In this document: piece after piece, positions 29,393 to 38,970 of the stretch
How positions within the stretch are numbered: position 1 is the stretch's first letter
How the letters are laid out: each line of letters opens with the position of its first letter
Assembly (NCBI GenBank): GCA_963793425.1
Contig: CAWCAG010000009.1
Location: forward strand, 928,001-992,000
Length of the DNA: 64,000 bases
Direction: 5' to 3'
Source of the DNA: an uncultured cyanobacterium
GTDB lineage: Bacteria; Cyanobacteriota; Cyanobacteriia; Cyanobacteriales; CAWCAG01
Notes under the pieces: generated by a model
The model's input: the letters and a program-made list of their open reading frames with translations, nothing else
Database searches by the model: none
Told to the model about the DNA's origin: nothing
Made by a program: the position numbers and the translations under genes

Positions 29393-29633
29393 AGATTTAT
29401 TTCTGGGGTGTTAATCCTAAACTGTGACGATAAGCCGCAAGTTGACCCGGACGGCCAATTTCTGTGGTTAACTGCTCCCAACCCTTCTCAATATTATGCC
29501 CAAATCAGGTTAACGATGACCATATCGACAAACAAACATAAAGAATTGCCAATAGTCAAGGGAAAATGACAGTTAAAGCATAATAATGAGAGTTGCCCTA
29601 GGCTAAACAAATTACCGCTAACCAAGAAAAATT

Positions 29634-30662
29634 ATGAGTAATACCCAGACGCGCAAAGCCGATCACTTGCGGATTTGTCTGGAAGAGGATGTACAGTTTC
29701 GCCGCCTCACCAATGGGTTAGAAAGCTATCGATTTATGCACGCTTGCTTACCGGAGTTAGATCGCAAAGATATTAAGCTCCAAACTAGTTTTTTGGGGAA
29801 AAATTTAGGTGCGCCTATACTAATTTCTTCCATGACAGGAGGAACAGAGCAAGCTAAAACCATTAACCATCGTTTAGCGGAAGTTGCTCAAGAATATAAA
29901 TTAGCTATGGGGGTAGGTTCCCAACGTATTGCTGTGGAAAAGCCCGAAGTTAGACATACCTTTGCTGTACGTTCTGTTGCCCCGGATATTCTCCTTCTCG
30001 CCAACCTGGGAGCGGTGCAACTTAACTATACTTACGGTATTAAGCAATGTTTACAGGTGGTGGAACTTCTGGAAGCTGATGCTTTGATTTTACATCTTAA
30101 TCCTCTTCAAGAGTGTATTCAAAGCAACGGTGATACAAATTTTTACGGGCTTCTTGACAAAATAGAGGTTTTGTGCAGGAGAATGCCAGTGCCAGTAATT
30201 GCCAAAGAGGTAGGAAATGGTATCTCTGCACCGATGGCACAACAGCTAATTAATATTGGAGTGAGTGCCATTGATGTGGCTGGGGCAGGGGGAACTTCTT
30301 GGGCTAAAGTAGAAAGTGAGCGGGCAGAAAATGCTTTGCAAAGGCGCTTAGGACAAACCTTTGCTGATTGGGGTTTACCCACTGCTGAATGTTTGGTAGA
30401 TATTCGTAGTCTTTTCCATCATGTTCCTCTCATTGCTTCCGGAGGATTGCGTAACGGCTTAGAAGTAGCGAAGGCGATCGCCCTAGGTGCGGATCTAGCG
30501 GGTTTGGCTTGGCCTTTTTTGCAAGCAGCAACTGATTCTCCAGAAGCTTTACAAGAATTGGTAAATCTCCTCATGGCAGAAATTACCACCGTTCTTTTTT
30601 GTACTGGCAACGCTAATGTAGCTGATTTACAAAACTCAAATTCTCTACAAAAGTTAGGATAG
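29634..30662 (+). CDS. fni: Type 2 isopentenyl-diphosphate delta-isomerase
   Basis: RKADH, SSMTGG, GVGSQR, HLNPLQE, KEVGNG and GAGGTSW. Confidence 0.95.
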   Translation: MSNTQTRKADHLRICLEEDVQFRRLTNGLESYRFMHACLPELDRKDIKLQTSFLGKNLGAPILISSMTGGTEQAKTINHRLAEVAQEYKLAMGVGSQRIAVEKPEVRHTFAVRSVAPDILLLANLGAVQLNYTYGIKQCLQVVELLEADALILHLNPLQECIQSNGDTNFYGLLDKIEVLCRRMPVPVIAKEVGNGISAPMAQQLINIGVSAIDVAGAGGTSWAKVESERAENALQRRLGQTFADWGLPTAECLVDIRSLFHHVPLIASGGLRNGLEVAKAIALGADLAGLAWPFLQAATDSPEALQELVNLLMAEITTVLFCTGNANVADLQNSNSLQKLG

Positions 30663-30664
30663 GG

Positions 30665-30800
30665 TTAATTGCTAATTGCTAGTTGCTAGTTGCTAGTTGC
30701 TAATAGGTAATGGGTAATAGATTGTTTTTTTCTCCCTAGCTCCCTAGCTCCCTAGCTCCCTAGCTCCCCATCTCCATAGCCCCCTACCTCCCCAACTTCC
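30665..30800. repeat. Heptamer STRR clusters (TTGCTAG)n and (CTCCCTAG)n-like
   Basis: Short tandem repeats in the fni-sppA spacer. Confidence 0.7.
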
Positions 30801-30802
30801 CT

Positions 30803-32593
30803 ATGAAACAGTTTCTTAAACAAACCTTTGCTAGTACAATCGGTACTTTTATTGCCCTATTTTTATTCATGGCTTTAGGTGCAACTGGGTTAATCGCCAT
30901 TTTAATCGCTGCTACCGTTGAAGAAGAAGGGCCGAAAGTTAAAGATGAGTCGGTTTTGGTGATGAGTCTTTCTTTGCCGATTCGAGATACTAATCCTCCT
31001 GCTAGTTTAGGAGAAGCCCTGGCTGGGGAAGAAAATAGTATGATTACCCTACGTCAGGTTCTTGATTCGTTGGAACAAGCCAAGGATGATGAGAGAATTG
31101 TCGGTTTGTTTTTGGATGGTAGCAACGAAGGTGACATCGCCACTGGCTACGCTACCCTTAAAGAGGTTAGGACTGCCCTGGAAGAATTCAAAGCCGCAGG
31201 AAAACCGATTATTGCTTATAACCTGGCTTGGGGAGAAAGAGACTATTACTTAGCCTCTATTGCTGATCAGGTGATAGTTAACCCCATGGGAGGGATGGAA
31301 ATTAATGGTTTAAGTTCTCAACAACTTTTTCTGGCTGGGGCTTTAGAGAAGTATGGAGTTGGGGTACAAGTAATTCGGGTGGGTAAATATAAATCAGCGG
31401 TAGAACCTTTTATTAACACTAGTTTCAGCCAAGAAAATCGTCAACAAACTCAAGATTTATTATGGGATCTTTGGGGAGAATTTCTGACTACAGTGGGTAA
31501 AAGCCGGGAATTACCACCCAAGCAACTTCAAACTATCGCGAGTACCAAGGGGTTGTTGTTACCAGAAGAAGCAAAATCCTCCGGCTTAGTAGATCAGTTA
31601 GCCTATTTTGATGAGGTAACTGATCAGCTTAAGGAATTAACGGGTATAGAAGAAGACGAAGATAAATCCTTCCGCCAAATCTCTTTGAGTACCTATGCCG
31701 AAGTGGTGGAAAGTAAGGGACGTTCTTCTCGTAATAAAATAGCTGTTGTTTATGCTGAAGGGGCTATTGTCAACGGAGAAGGGCAAACCCTAGAAGTTGG
31801 TAGCACTCGCTTTGTGGAGGAATTAAGGGAAATTCGTCGTGATGAAGATGTTAAAGCGGTAGTTTTGCGGGTTAATAGTCCTGGGGGAAGTGCCACCGCC
31901 TCAGAAATTATCTTGCGGGAGTTACAATTAATTCGGGAAGATAAGCCTGTGGTTGTTTCTATGGGAGATGTGGCTGCTTCAGGAGGTTATTGGATTTCTA
32001 CTGCTTCTGATCGCATTTTCGCTGAAGCTAATACCATCACTGGTTCAATCGGCGTATTTGGTTTGTTGCCAAATGTCCAAGAGTTGGCTGCGGATAACGG
32101 ACTAAATTGGGATGTGGTTAAAACCGGAAACTTCGCCGATACAGAAGGAGTTAATCGCCCAAAAACTCCCCAAGAGTTAGCTATTTATCAAAAATACGTT
32201 GACGACATTTATAATAAGTTTCTTGATAAGGTAGCCAAATCCCGCAACTTACCTAAAGAAAAGGTAGCAGAAATTGCTCAAGGTAGAGTCTGGTCGGGGA
32301 AAGATGCCAAGGAAATTGGTTTGGTTGATCAAATTGGTGGAGTTGATGCCGCGATCGCCTATGCCGCCCAGAAAGCTGAATTAGAAGATGATTGGGAATT
32401 AAGAGAGTATCCTGAACAGCGTACCTTAGAAGAGGAACTGTTAGAGAATTTACTCGGCGAATCAGAAACTAAGCAGCTTGATCCTTTAACAGCAGAATTT
32501 CTCCGGTTGAAGAAAGATTTAGATGTTCTCCGCAGCTTAAATGATCCCAAAAATTCCTACACCCGTTTACCCTTCGATTTTCGCATTGATTGA
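30803..32593 (+). CDS. sppA: Signal peptide peptidase SppA, 67K type
   Basis: GKYKSAVEP, RVNSPGGS, AASGGY, TGSIGV and QGRVWSG. Confidence 0.95.
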   Translation: MKQFLKQTFASTIGTFIALFLFMALGATGLIAILIAATVEEEGPKVKDESVLVMSLSLPIRDTNPPASLGEALAGEENSMITLRQVLDSLEQAKDDERIVGLFLDGSNEGDIATGYATLKEVRTALEEFKAAGKPIIAYNLAWGERDYYLASIADQVIVNPMGGMEINGLSSQQLFLAGALEKYGVGVQVIRVGKYKSAVEPFINTSFSQENRQQTQDLLWDLWGEFLTTVGKSRELPPKQLQTIASTKGLLLPEEAKSSGLVDQLAYFDEVTDQLKELTGIEEDEDKSFRQISLSTYAEVVESKGRSSRNKIAVVYAEGAIVNGEGQTLEVGSTRFVEELREIRRDEDVKAVVLRVNSPGGSATASEIILRELQLIREDKPVVVSMGDVAASGGYWISTASDRIFAEANTITGSIGVFGLLPNVQELAADNGLNWDVVKTGNFADTEGVNRPKTPQELAIYQKYVDDIYNKFLDKVAKSRNLPKEKVAEIAQGRVWSGKDAKEIGLVDQIGGVDAAIAYAAQKAELEDDWELREYPEQRTLEEELLENLLGESETKQLDPLTAEFLRLKKDLDVLRSLNDPKNSYTRLPFDFRID

Positions 32594-32726
32594 TATCTTT
32601 GCTAGTGGCTAGTTGCTAGTTGCTAGTTGAGATTATGTACTGCCCGAACTTGAAATTAAACTTCAAAAGACGTATGCTAACTCTCTAGCAGGTGACAAGC
32701 AAAGATTGTAATAGTATGTTGTTACC

Positions 32727-32762
32727 TATTACTTATTACTTATTACTTATTACTTATTACTT
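32727..32762 (+). repeat. (TATTACT)x5 heptamer run abutting a start codon
   Basis: Five units run directly into the ATG at 32763. Confidence 0.8.
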
Positions 32763-33743
32763 ATGACTAACCCTCAACCTCCCTCTCCGAAAAGAAGACT
32801 TAGTTTAGATGAATTAATTGCTATTATTGTTGCATTTTTAACTGTTGGTGCTTTGCTTTTTTGGGGCTTAACTAAAAGAGATGGTAGGTTTGCCTTTCTC
32901 AATAAATTTGTTAATAATGATACTCCGATAATGGCAATTAAACCAGAACTAGAAGAAGTTCCAGAGGTGATTGCTGAAGCAGAAAAAGAAGAAAGGGTAG
33001 TTCCTAAAGTTAAGGTTGAGGAAGAAGAAGCAGAAGTAGAAGTAGAAACCATACCGGAAAGTTTATCTCTTGTTCCTCCTTTGGTTGCTGAAGAAGAAGC
33101 AACAGTTAAACCAGTTACCCCAAAAGATACTGAAACAGAATTGAGATTTCCTGACGTTCCTTTAGACTATTGGGCTTATCCTTTTATTGAGAAAGTTGCG
33201 GAAGAAGATATTATTAAAGGAGCCGAAGACGGTAATTTTTATCCTGATAAACCTGTGACAAGGGAAGAGTTTGCTATCCAATTATCTAGGGCATTTGGTG
33301 ATGATGCTGAAGCAATTGCTGAAGTTCAGTTTAAAGACGTGACCACCCAAAATGACTCTTTTACTCAAATAGCTAAATCAGTAAAAACAGGCTTTTTGAA
33401 AGGTTATCCTCAAGATACTTTTCGCCCGAAACAAGAAATACCACGCTACCAAGTTCTTGTGGCTTTGGCTTCTGGTTTTGCTTTACAACCTCCCTCAGCG
33501 CCAGCACAAACTTTAGACATTTTCCAAGACAAAAATCAACTCCCACAATGGGCAACAAATCAAGTTGCGGCTGCCACAGAAAATGGTTTAGTTGTTAATC
33601 ATCCCGAACCCAATTTATTGAAGCCAGAACAAGTAGCAACTCGCGCCGAAGTAGCGGCGATGATTTATCAAGCCTTGGTAGAAGCTGGTAAGGCAGAGGC
33701 AATTGCTTCTCCTTATGTGATTTCTCCCCAGGAAGCTAATTAA
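32763..33743 (+). CDS. S-layer homology (SLH) domain protein
   Basis: N-terminal TM helix; FPDVP..YWA, FYPDKPVTRE, GYP..FRP and ATRAEVAA. Confidence 0.88.
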   Translation: MTNPQPPSPKRRLSLDELIAIIVAFLTVGALLFWGLTKRDGRFAFLNKFVNNDTPIMAIKPELEEVPEVIAEAEKEERVVPKVKVEEEEAEVEVETIPESLSLVPPLVAEEEATVKPVTPKDTETELRFPDVPLDYWAYPFIEKVAEEDIIKGAEDGNFYPDKPVTREEFAIQLSRAFGDDAEAIAEVQFKDVTTQNDSFTQIAKSVKTGFLKGYPQDTFRPKQEIPRYQVLVALASGFALQPPSAPAQTLDIFQDKNQLPQWATNQVAAATENGLVVNHPEPNLLKPEQVATRAEVAAMIYQALVEAGKAEAIASPYVISPQEAN

Positions 33744-33782
33744 TCAATTACCAAAAATAATCCCTACAGCACAAGTTTTATC

Positions 33783-33798
33783 TGTACGCTTATGTACT
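33783..33798. promoter_or_regulatory. Crp/NtcA-type palindromic box
   Basis: TGTACG-CTTA-TGTACT (GTA-N8-TAC) upstream of crp1. Confidence 0.5.
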
Positions 33799-34030
33799 TA
33801 GTTACAAAAGTACAAACTATCCAAAGATAGGCAAATTCAGTAGATTTGTTGTAGTTTACTCAAATAGCTTTAAGATGACTTAATGGCAAAACTAACTATC
33901 TTGGCAATAGTGTTTTTTTATGATTTATAAAACAAACTTTGTCTGACATTGGGTTATTGTTGTCGATATTTTTCCTAATGCTTAGCTTTTTTTGGCTAAT
34001 AACAAATAGCATTAGGAGACGAACAAATTC

Positions 34031-34747
34031 ATGTTTAATGGGGCTTTTGCTCTGAATAATCAACTACTAGCCAGTTTATTTGCTTCTACTTACCAGCATA
34101 TATTACCCGACTTAGAAAATATTTCCCTGAGTCGGGGGCAAGTTGTACACGAATCTGGCGAAACGATTACAGAGGTTTACTTTCCCCAAGATGCCATATT
34201 TTCTCTGGTTTTAGTGCTATCTAATCAATCTACTACCGAAATTGCTTCGGTGGGCAATGAAGGCATGGTCGGATTAACTGCTATTTGGGGCGGAAATTCA
34301 ACTACAACTCGCACAATTGTGCAAATTCCTGGTACTGCTTGGAAACTTCCTGCGGAGGTAATTAAAGTGGAGTTTCAAAGAGGGAAAGAACTACAAAAGT
34401 TGTTGCTACTTTATACCCAAGCACAATTTAGTCAAGTTTCCCAGATTGCTGCTTGTCGATCTCATCATGGCATTGAACAAAGATTAGCCCGATGGTTATT
34501 ATTAGTTCATGACTCCCTGCAAAAAGATACTTTGCCTTTAACACAAAAATTTATTGCTCTGATGTTAGGAGTACGCCGTGCTAGCGTTACTGAAATAGCT
34601 ATCTCTTTCCAGAAGCAAGGAATGATCCGATACAGTCGCGGTAACATTATTATCATCAATCGCCTTAACTTGGAAGACATGGTCTGCGAATGTTACGGTA
34701 CAATTAAATCTGAGTATAAGCGTTTGCTGAAGACAAAACCGCTTTAA
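34031..34747 (+). CDS. Crp/Fnr-family transcriptional regulator (copy 1)
   Basis: VYFP, GNEGMVG, RLARWLL and LTQKFIALMLGVRRASVT HTH. Confidence 0.92.
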   Translation: MFNGAFALNNQLLASLFASTYQHILPDLENISLSRGQVVHESGETITEVYFPQDAIFSLVLVLSNQSTTEIASVGNEGMVGLTAIWGGNSTTTRTIVQIPGTAWKLPAEVIKVEFQRGKELQKLLLLYTQAQFSQVSQIAACRSHHGIEQRLARWLLLVHDSLQKDTLPLTQKFIALMLGVRRASVTEIAISFQKQGMIRYSRGNIIIINRLNLEDMVCECYGTIKSEYKRLLKTKPL

Positions 34748-34772
34748 AAGAATTAGACTAAATTAGACCCTA

Positions 34773-34815
34773 TGTACGATAACGTACTGAACTTTTGATT
34801 TCAGTTCGCTATTCT
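34773..34815 (+). promoter_or_regulatory. Class II Crp/NtcA-type promoter
   Basis: TGTACG-ATAA-CGTACT (GTA-N8-TAC) followed 22 nt later by TATTCT (TAN3T) at 34810. Confidence 0.6.
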
Positions 34816-34976
34816 TATAAGTAGCGATATCTAGCTAGCTCTATGCAAACGCTCTGTTGTTTGGTTGCAGCAAGTAAGCAACATCTAAAGTACTAACGGA
34901 CAATCTTGTTCTGTTTGCATTGTAGATTGTTTTTCTGGCTCCAACCGAATTAACACAGAAGCGTCACTCATAAATA

Positions 34977-35693
34977 ATGTCCGAAAAATTTGAAAAACCA
35001 ATTAACCAAATTCTGGCAGCTTTACCAGAGGTTGAATATCAGCGTCTGGTTCCCCATTTAGAGTTTGTTTTACTTCCTCTCGGTAAAGTTATCCTGGAAC
35101 CCAATGAACCAGTCAAAGAAGTCTATTTTCCTCAACGAGCCATGATTTCTTTGGTTTCGATTATGATGGATGGCTCAACTACAGAGATTGGTTTGATTGG
35201 CAACGAAGGTATGATTGGGCTTTCTGCTATTTTAGGAGGTACTGGCACTACTAGTCGTTCCATTGTACAAATTGCTGGTACAGCAATGAAACTACCCGCC
35301 CACATTGTTCAGCAAGAATTTAGTCGGGGTGAAAAGCTACAAAAGCTACTGTTACTTTATACCCAAGCTTTATTAACTCAAGTTTCTCAAAGTGCTGCTT
35401 GCAATCGCCAGCATACCATTGAAGAAAGATTAGCTCGTTGGTTGCTCTCTGTTTACGACTGCGTACTCCAAGATGAGTTGCCCCTCACTCAAGAATTTAT
35501 TGCTAATATGCTAGGTATACGTCGTTCTGGTGTGACGGTGGCAGCAGGAACTCTTCAACAAGCAGGAATGATCTCCTATCGTCGCGGCAAGATTAAAATT
35601 ATTAATCACGAAGATTTAGAAGCCACTGCCTGCGAATGTTATCGCTTAGTGCAAAGCGAGTTTATTCGCTTATTAGGTTCAAGGCGAGGTTGA
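34977..35693 (+). CDS. Crp/Fnr-family transcriptional regulator (copy 2)
   Basis: Same architecture as copy 1; LTQEFIANMLGIRRSGVT HTH. Confidence 0.92.
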   Translation: MSEKFEKPINQILAALPEVEYQRLVPHLEFVLLPLGKVILEPNEPVKEVYFPQRAMISLVSIMMDGSTTEIGLIGNEGMIGLSAILGGTGTTSRSIVQIAGTAMKLPAHIVQQEFSRGEKLQKLLLLYTQALLTQVSQSAACNRQHTIEERLARWLLSVYDCVLQDELPLTQEFIANMLGIRRSGVTVAAGTLQQAGMISYRRGKIKIINHEDLEATACECYRLVQSEFIRLLGSRRG

Positions 35694-35742
35694 AATCAAT
35701 GATGCCTAACGGCAACGGCAAGCCGAACAATGATCATTGAAG

Positions 35743-35758
35743 AGTGCATGATCGTACA
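35743..35758. promoter_or_regulatory. Third Crp-type palindromic box
   Basis: AGTGCA-TGAT-CGTACA (reverse complement TGTACG-ATCA-TGCACT). Confidence 0.45.
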
Positions 35759-35778
35759 GACAAAGAACGAATTATTGT

Positions 35779-36066
35779 GTGATTATTACCTGTAGGCCGA
35801 GTAGTGTCAGAATAAAAGCCATCAAAAAAAAACACCAGGAAGAATTACAAAATTTTGTATTAGGAGGCTGCTGCCCTCACTGTTCTTCTAACCAAATTAA
35901 ATACCGCGAATTGGCAGTAAACGTACAATTTGCGTTTGATTGTCTTGCCTGTGGTTGGAGAAATCAATATTCGTTTAAGGAATTTAAGGAATTTTCTAGT
36001 TATTGTACCCAAAAGCTGAAAAGTGAATGGGAAACCAGAAAAGCGAAGGAAAAGCAAATTCCCTAA
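35779..36066 (+). CDS. Small zinc-ribbon protein (start uncertain)
   Basis: CPHC...CLACGW cysteine pairs. Confidence 0.6.
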   Translation: MIITCRPSSVRIKAIKKKHQEELQNFVLGGCCPHCSSNQIKYRELAVNVQFAFDCLACGWRNQYSFKEFKEFSSYCTQKLKSEWETRKAKEKQIP

Positions 36067-36170
36067 AAGGTTATATACCAATTGCTCAAGAATAATTCTC
36101 AACTTGGTGAATTGTTTTTTAAATCAAATTTAACTACTTTTTTTCCAAACTTCATTTAGGGTCAAAAATC

Positions 36171-36347
36171 ATGAACAACTGTCCTTGTTGCTCTCGCTCA
36201 ATGTTACTTCATATCAGTCAAAGCAATTTTTATTGGTTTTGTTCTCACTGCCGTGAAAAAATGCCCGACTTGTCAGCAGTAGCACTTGAGAACAGAAGTA
36301 CAATAATTCCCTATAGATTGGCTCGAATAAAAACCTCAGTCTGTTAA
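36171..36347 (+). CDS. 58-aa cyanobacterial zinc-ribbon microprotein (below the ORF-track cutoff)
   Basis: MNNCPCCSRSMLLHISQSNFYWFCSHCREKMPDL..., CPCC/WFCxxC pattern. Confidence 0.75.
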   Translation: MNNCPCCSRSMLLHISQSNFYWFCSHCREKMPDLSAVALENRSTIIPYRLARIKTSVC

Positions 36348-36426
36348 GCATTGATACCAAATCGGTGTTGAGGTGGTATGACTTATCTGTTAGGGTAGGG
36401 AGCAAGATTTTGTATCACCTAATTTT

Positions 36427-37500
36427 TTACTCTACGTCCTGCAAAGCCTCTTCCGGTAAAGCGTAGGAACGAGCAAGACGTTCTTCATCTCCTTCAAGAA
36501 TTTCTGGAAAGCGAATGTTCGGCATCACCCCCACCGCGAATATTTCCTGTACTGCCCCTTCAAAACGCAAGAAGGCGACGGTTTCCCCTGTTTGGATGTT
36601 GACAACCCAAATGCCACAATTGCGCTCTATTGTCTTTTCTGTGAGGGGAATACCACTAAATACGGCAGTTTCCCTGACTTGAGACAAACCGATGAAGGCT
36701 AAGGGGCCATAAAAGGCTAAACCGCGCGTGAAACCAGGTAAGATTGCCACAGTTGACCATTTGCCTGTTTGCAAGTCTACTGTAGCTAGAGTACCGTTGC
36801 CTGATTCTAAAACCCACAGTTTGTTATCGTACCACCGGGGAGAATGGGGCATAGAAAGACCTTGACAAATAATTTCCTTACTCTCAACATCCATTAAGAT
36901 GCCGCCATTAGCTTTATTTTCTCGCCAACCTTGGGGTGCATTGGTTTGTCCTAAAGCAGTGACATATTTAGGGCGTTCATTCACCAAGCCTAAACCATTG
37001 AGGTGACAGCGATCTTCCATACCCAAACCAGTAATAAAAGGAGGTCGCCAACGGGGGACAAAGCTATAATCTGTGTTAATGGTGCAAAGGCAGGAAAAGC
37101 GGGTGTTTACGACCCAAAGTTCCTCTTTACTCCAGGCCATTTCATGGATGTCAATGTCTCCGGTGATATGGACATTGCGAGGGATATAACAAGCATCATG
37201 TTTACCCACAGGTTCTAGTTTTTGGGCAACAGCAGGCATATTATAAAGTTCCACAACTTGGTAAGCTGTACCAATGGCTAAACGGGTATTATTAACCGCC
37301 ATACCCATAGGTTTGCGAAAGAGGCGAAAGTGAGTGTTGAGTTTTCCCTCATCTTCCCGCAACAGAATGACTTTGCCTGCTTGGTAAGTGGAGACAATTA
37401 AGGAGATGTTTAATTCTTTGAGGATATTGCTGAAGTTTTTGGTATGGACACTGCGGAAAGATTCTTCAGATTGCTGAGAACTTTGGTTATTATCATTCAT
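36427..37500 (-). CDS. TIGR03032 / DUF4915 family protein
   Basis: STYQAGK, TGDIDIHE, VNTRFSCL, DRCHLNG, GLSMPHSPRW and LPGFTRG. Confidence 0.9.
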   Translation of the reverse strand: MNDNNQSSQQSEESFRSVHTKNFSNILKELNISLIVSTYQAGKVILLREDEGKLNTHFRLFRKPMGMAVNNTRLAIGTAYQVVELYNMPAVAQKLEPVGKHDACYIPRNVHITGDIDIHEMAWSKEELWVVNTRFSCLCTINTDYSFVPRWRPPFITGLGMEDRCHLNGLGLVNERPKYVTALGQTNAPQGWRENKANGGILMDVESKEIICQGLSMPHSPRWYDNKLWVLESGNGTLATVDLQTGKWSTVAILPGFTRGLAFYGPLAFIGLSQVRETAVFSGIPLTEKTIERNCGIWVVNIQTGETVAFLRFEGAVQEIFAVGVMPNIRFPEILEGDEERLARSYALPEEALQDVE

Positions 37501-37554
37501 AATATAGCAATTCTCTTTGACTTATTACTTATTACTTTTGCTGTTCCCTATTTC

Positions 37555-38670
37555 CTAAACATAACTAACCTCATTCATCAACCCAGCCATCAAATTAATT
37601 TCTGTATGAACGCTAGCAAACTTATCTGCTAGTTCCTCAAAAGTAATTTCTTCCTTTCCTTGGCAACCTACCAAAACTACCTCATCTCCCCATTGCACCT
37701 CTTCGGGAACATCTGTAATATCCACCGTGGTAATGTTCAAAGAAACCCTACCTACCACGGGGCAACGATAGCCTTTAATTAAGACAATGCCTTTATTGAA
37801 CAGCGATCGCGGATAACCTTCACCAAAACCGACGGGTAAAGAAGCAATCAAACTCTCCCTTTGGGTTGTAAACAAGCTGCCATAACCAATAGTTTTTCCT
37901 GACGGCACTTTCCTGACTTGGGCTACCTTAGTTTTAACCGACATGACTGGTTTTAGTTCCGGGGGATTAAGAAAATCCTGGGAAGTTCGTACCCCATAAC
38001 AAGCAGCCCCAATCCTCACCAAGCTATTACATTTCGGGGTTAAGCGTACCATTGCAGCACTGTTGTGGGTGTGGGTTAAAACATCATCGGGTAAACAACC
38101 ATCCAAAGCTGATCGCAAGCTATAAAAATCTTCCATTTGCTGGGTAGTAAAATCAAGATTCTCACCATCAGCAGTGGCGAAGTGAGTCATAATTCCCACC
38201 ACTTTTATACCGGGTAAGGAACAGATTCTTTTGATGGTTTCCACCTCCGTAGAGAAAAAACCACTGCGCCCCATGCCTGTATCTATGTTTAAATGAATAG
38301 GAACCTTTTTGCCCCGTTTAACCCCTGCATCTGAAAGATAAGTTGCTGCTTGCCAAGAACCTACTTGTTCTTCTATATTTAAGCTAGAGAGGGATTCTGC
38401 ATATTCTTGGGGAAAACCCATACGCAGGCGCATAATTTTTACATCTAAGCTCAAATCTCGAATGATAGCGGCTTCAGGATTTGTACAAATCCCAAGATAG
38501 TCAGCCCCGGCTGCCACTGCTGTAGGGGCCAATGCCTGCAAACCATGGCCATAGGCATTAGCCTTCATAACCACGCAAACCTTTGCAGGAGAAACTTTTT
38601 GCTGCAAATTACGAATATTATTCGCAAAAGTGGATGCAGAAACTTTGACTTCTATATGATGTTGATTCAT
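37555..38670 (-). CDS. PLP-dependent amino-acid racemase (Alr fold, broad-spectrum Bsr-like)
   Basis: VMKANAYGHG, DTGMGRSG, MTHF, HNSAA, IGYG and GRVSLN. Confidence 0.88.
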   Translation of the reverse strand: MNQHHIEVKVSASTFANNIRNLQQKVSPAKVCVVMKANAYGHGLQALAPTAVAAGADYLGICTNPEAAIIRDLSLDVKIMRLRMGFPQEYAESLSSLNIEEQVGSWQAATYLSDAGVKRGKKVPIHLNIDTGMGRSGFFSTEVETIKRICSLPGIKVVGIMTHFATADGENLDFTTQQMEDFYSLRSALDGCLPDDVLTHTHNSAAMVRLTPKCNSLVRIGAACYGVRTSQDFLNPPELKPVMSVKTKVAQVRKVPSGKTIGYGSLFTTQRESLIASLPVGFGEGYPRSLFNKGIVLIKGYRCPVVGRVSLNITTVDITDVPEEVQWGDEVVLVGCQGKEEITFEELADKFASVHTEINLMAGLMNEVSYV

Positions 38671-38772
38671 TGAACGTTTGGGAGCAATCTAATACTTTTA
38701 CAGACTGACAAGAGAGGCGATCGCAAACTGAAGCTAAATTTATAACCAGGTTAATTATATAATCAGTTTTTG

Positions 38773-38839
38773 GTAGGGTGGGCAAATAATAGGGAGATTT
38801 TTTTTAAGTTAATCTGGGATCGCATTTTGCCCACCCTAC
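38773..38839. repeat. REP-like inverted repeat
   Basis: GTAGGGTGGGCAAA ... TTTGCCCACCCTAC. Confidence 0.7.
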
Positions 38840-38970
38840 TACTTCCTTTAAGATACAAGGAAACGGAGTTCGCGCAAGCAATTGCCGTTAAGCCACAGGG
38901 GGAAGGATTGATGATTTAGGTATAAGAATCAATTCTATTTTTAATTTTAGGAAGGGAATTAAGAGTTGTT

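Noticed and set aside
36214..36405. 63-aa minus-strand ORF
   Set aside because: Antisense shadow of the 58-aa zinc-ribbon gene.
38840..38930. GC-richer stretch beside the REP element, possibly a gene fragment
   Set aside because: Too short and no recognisable family.
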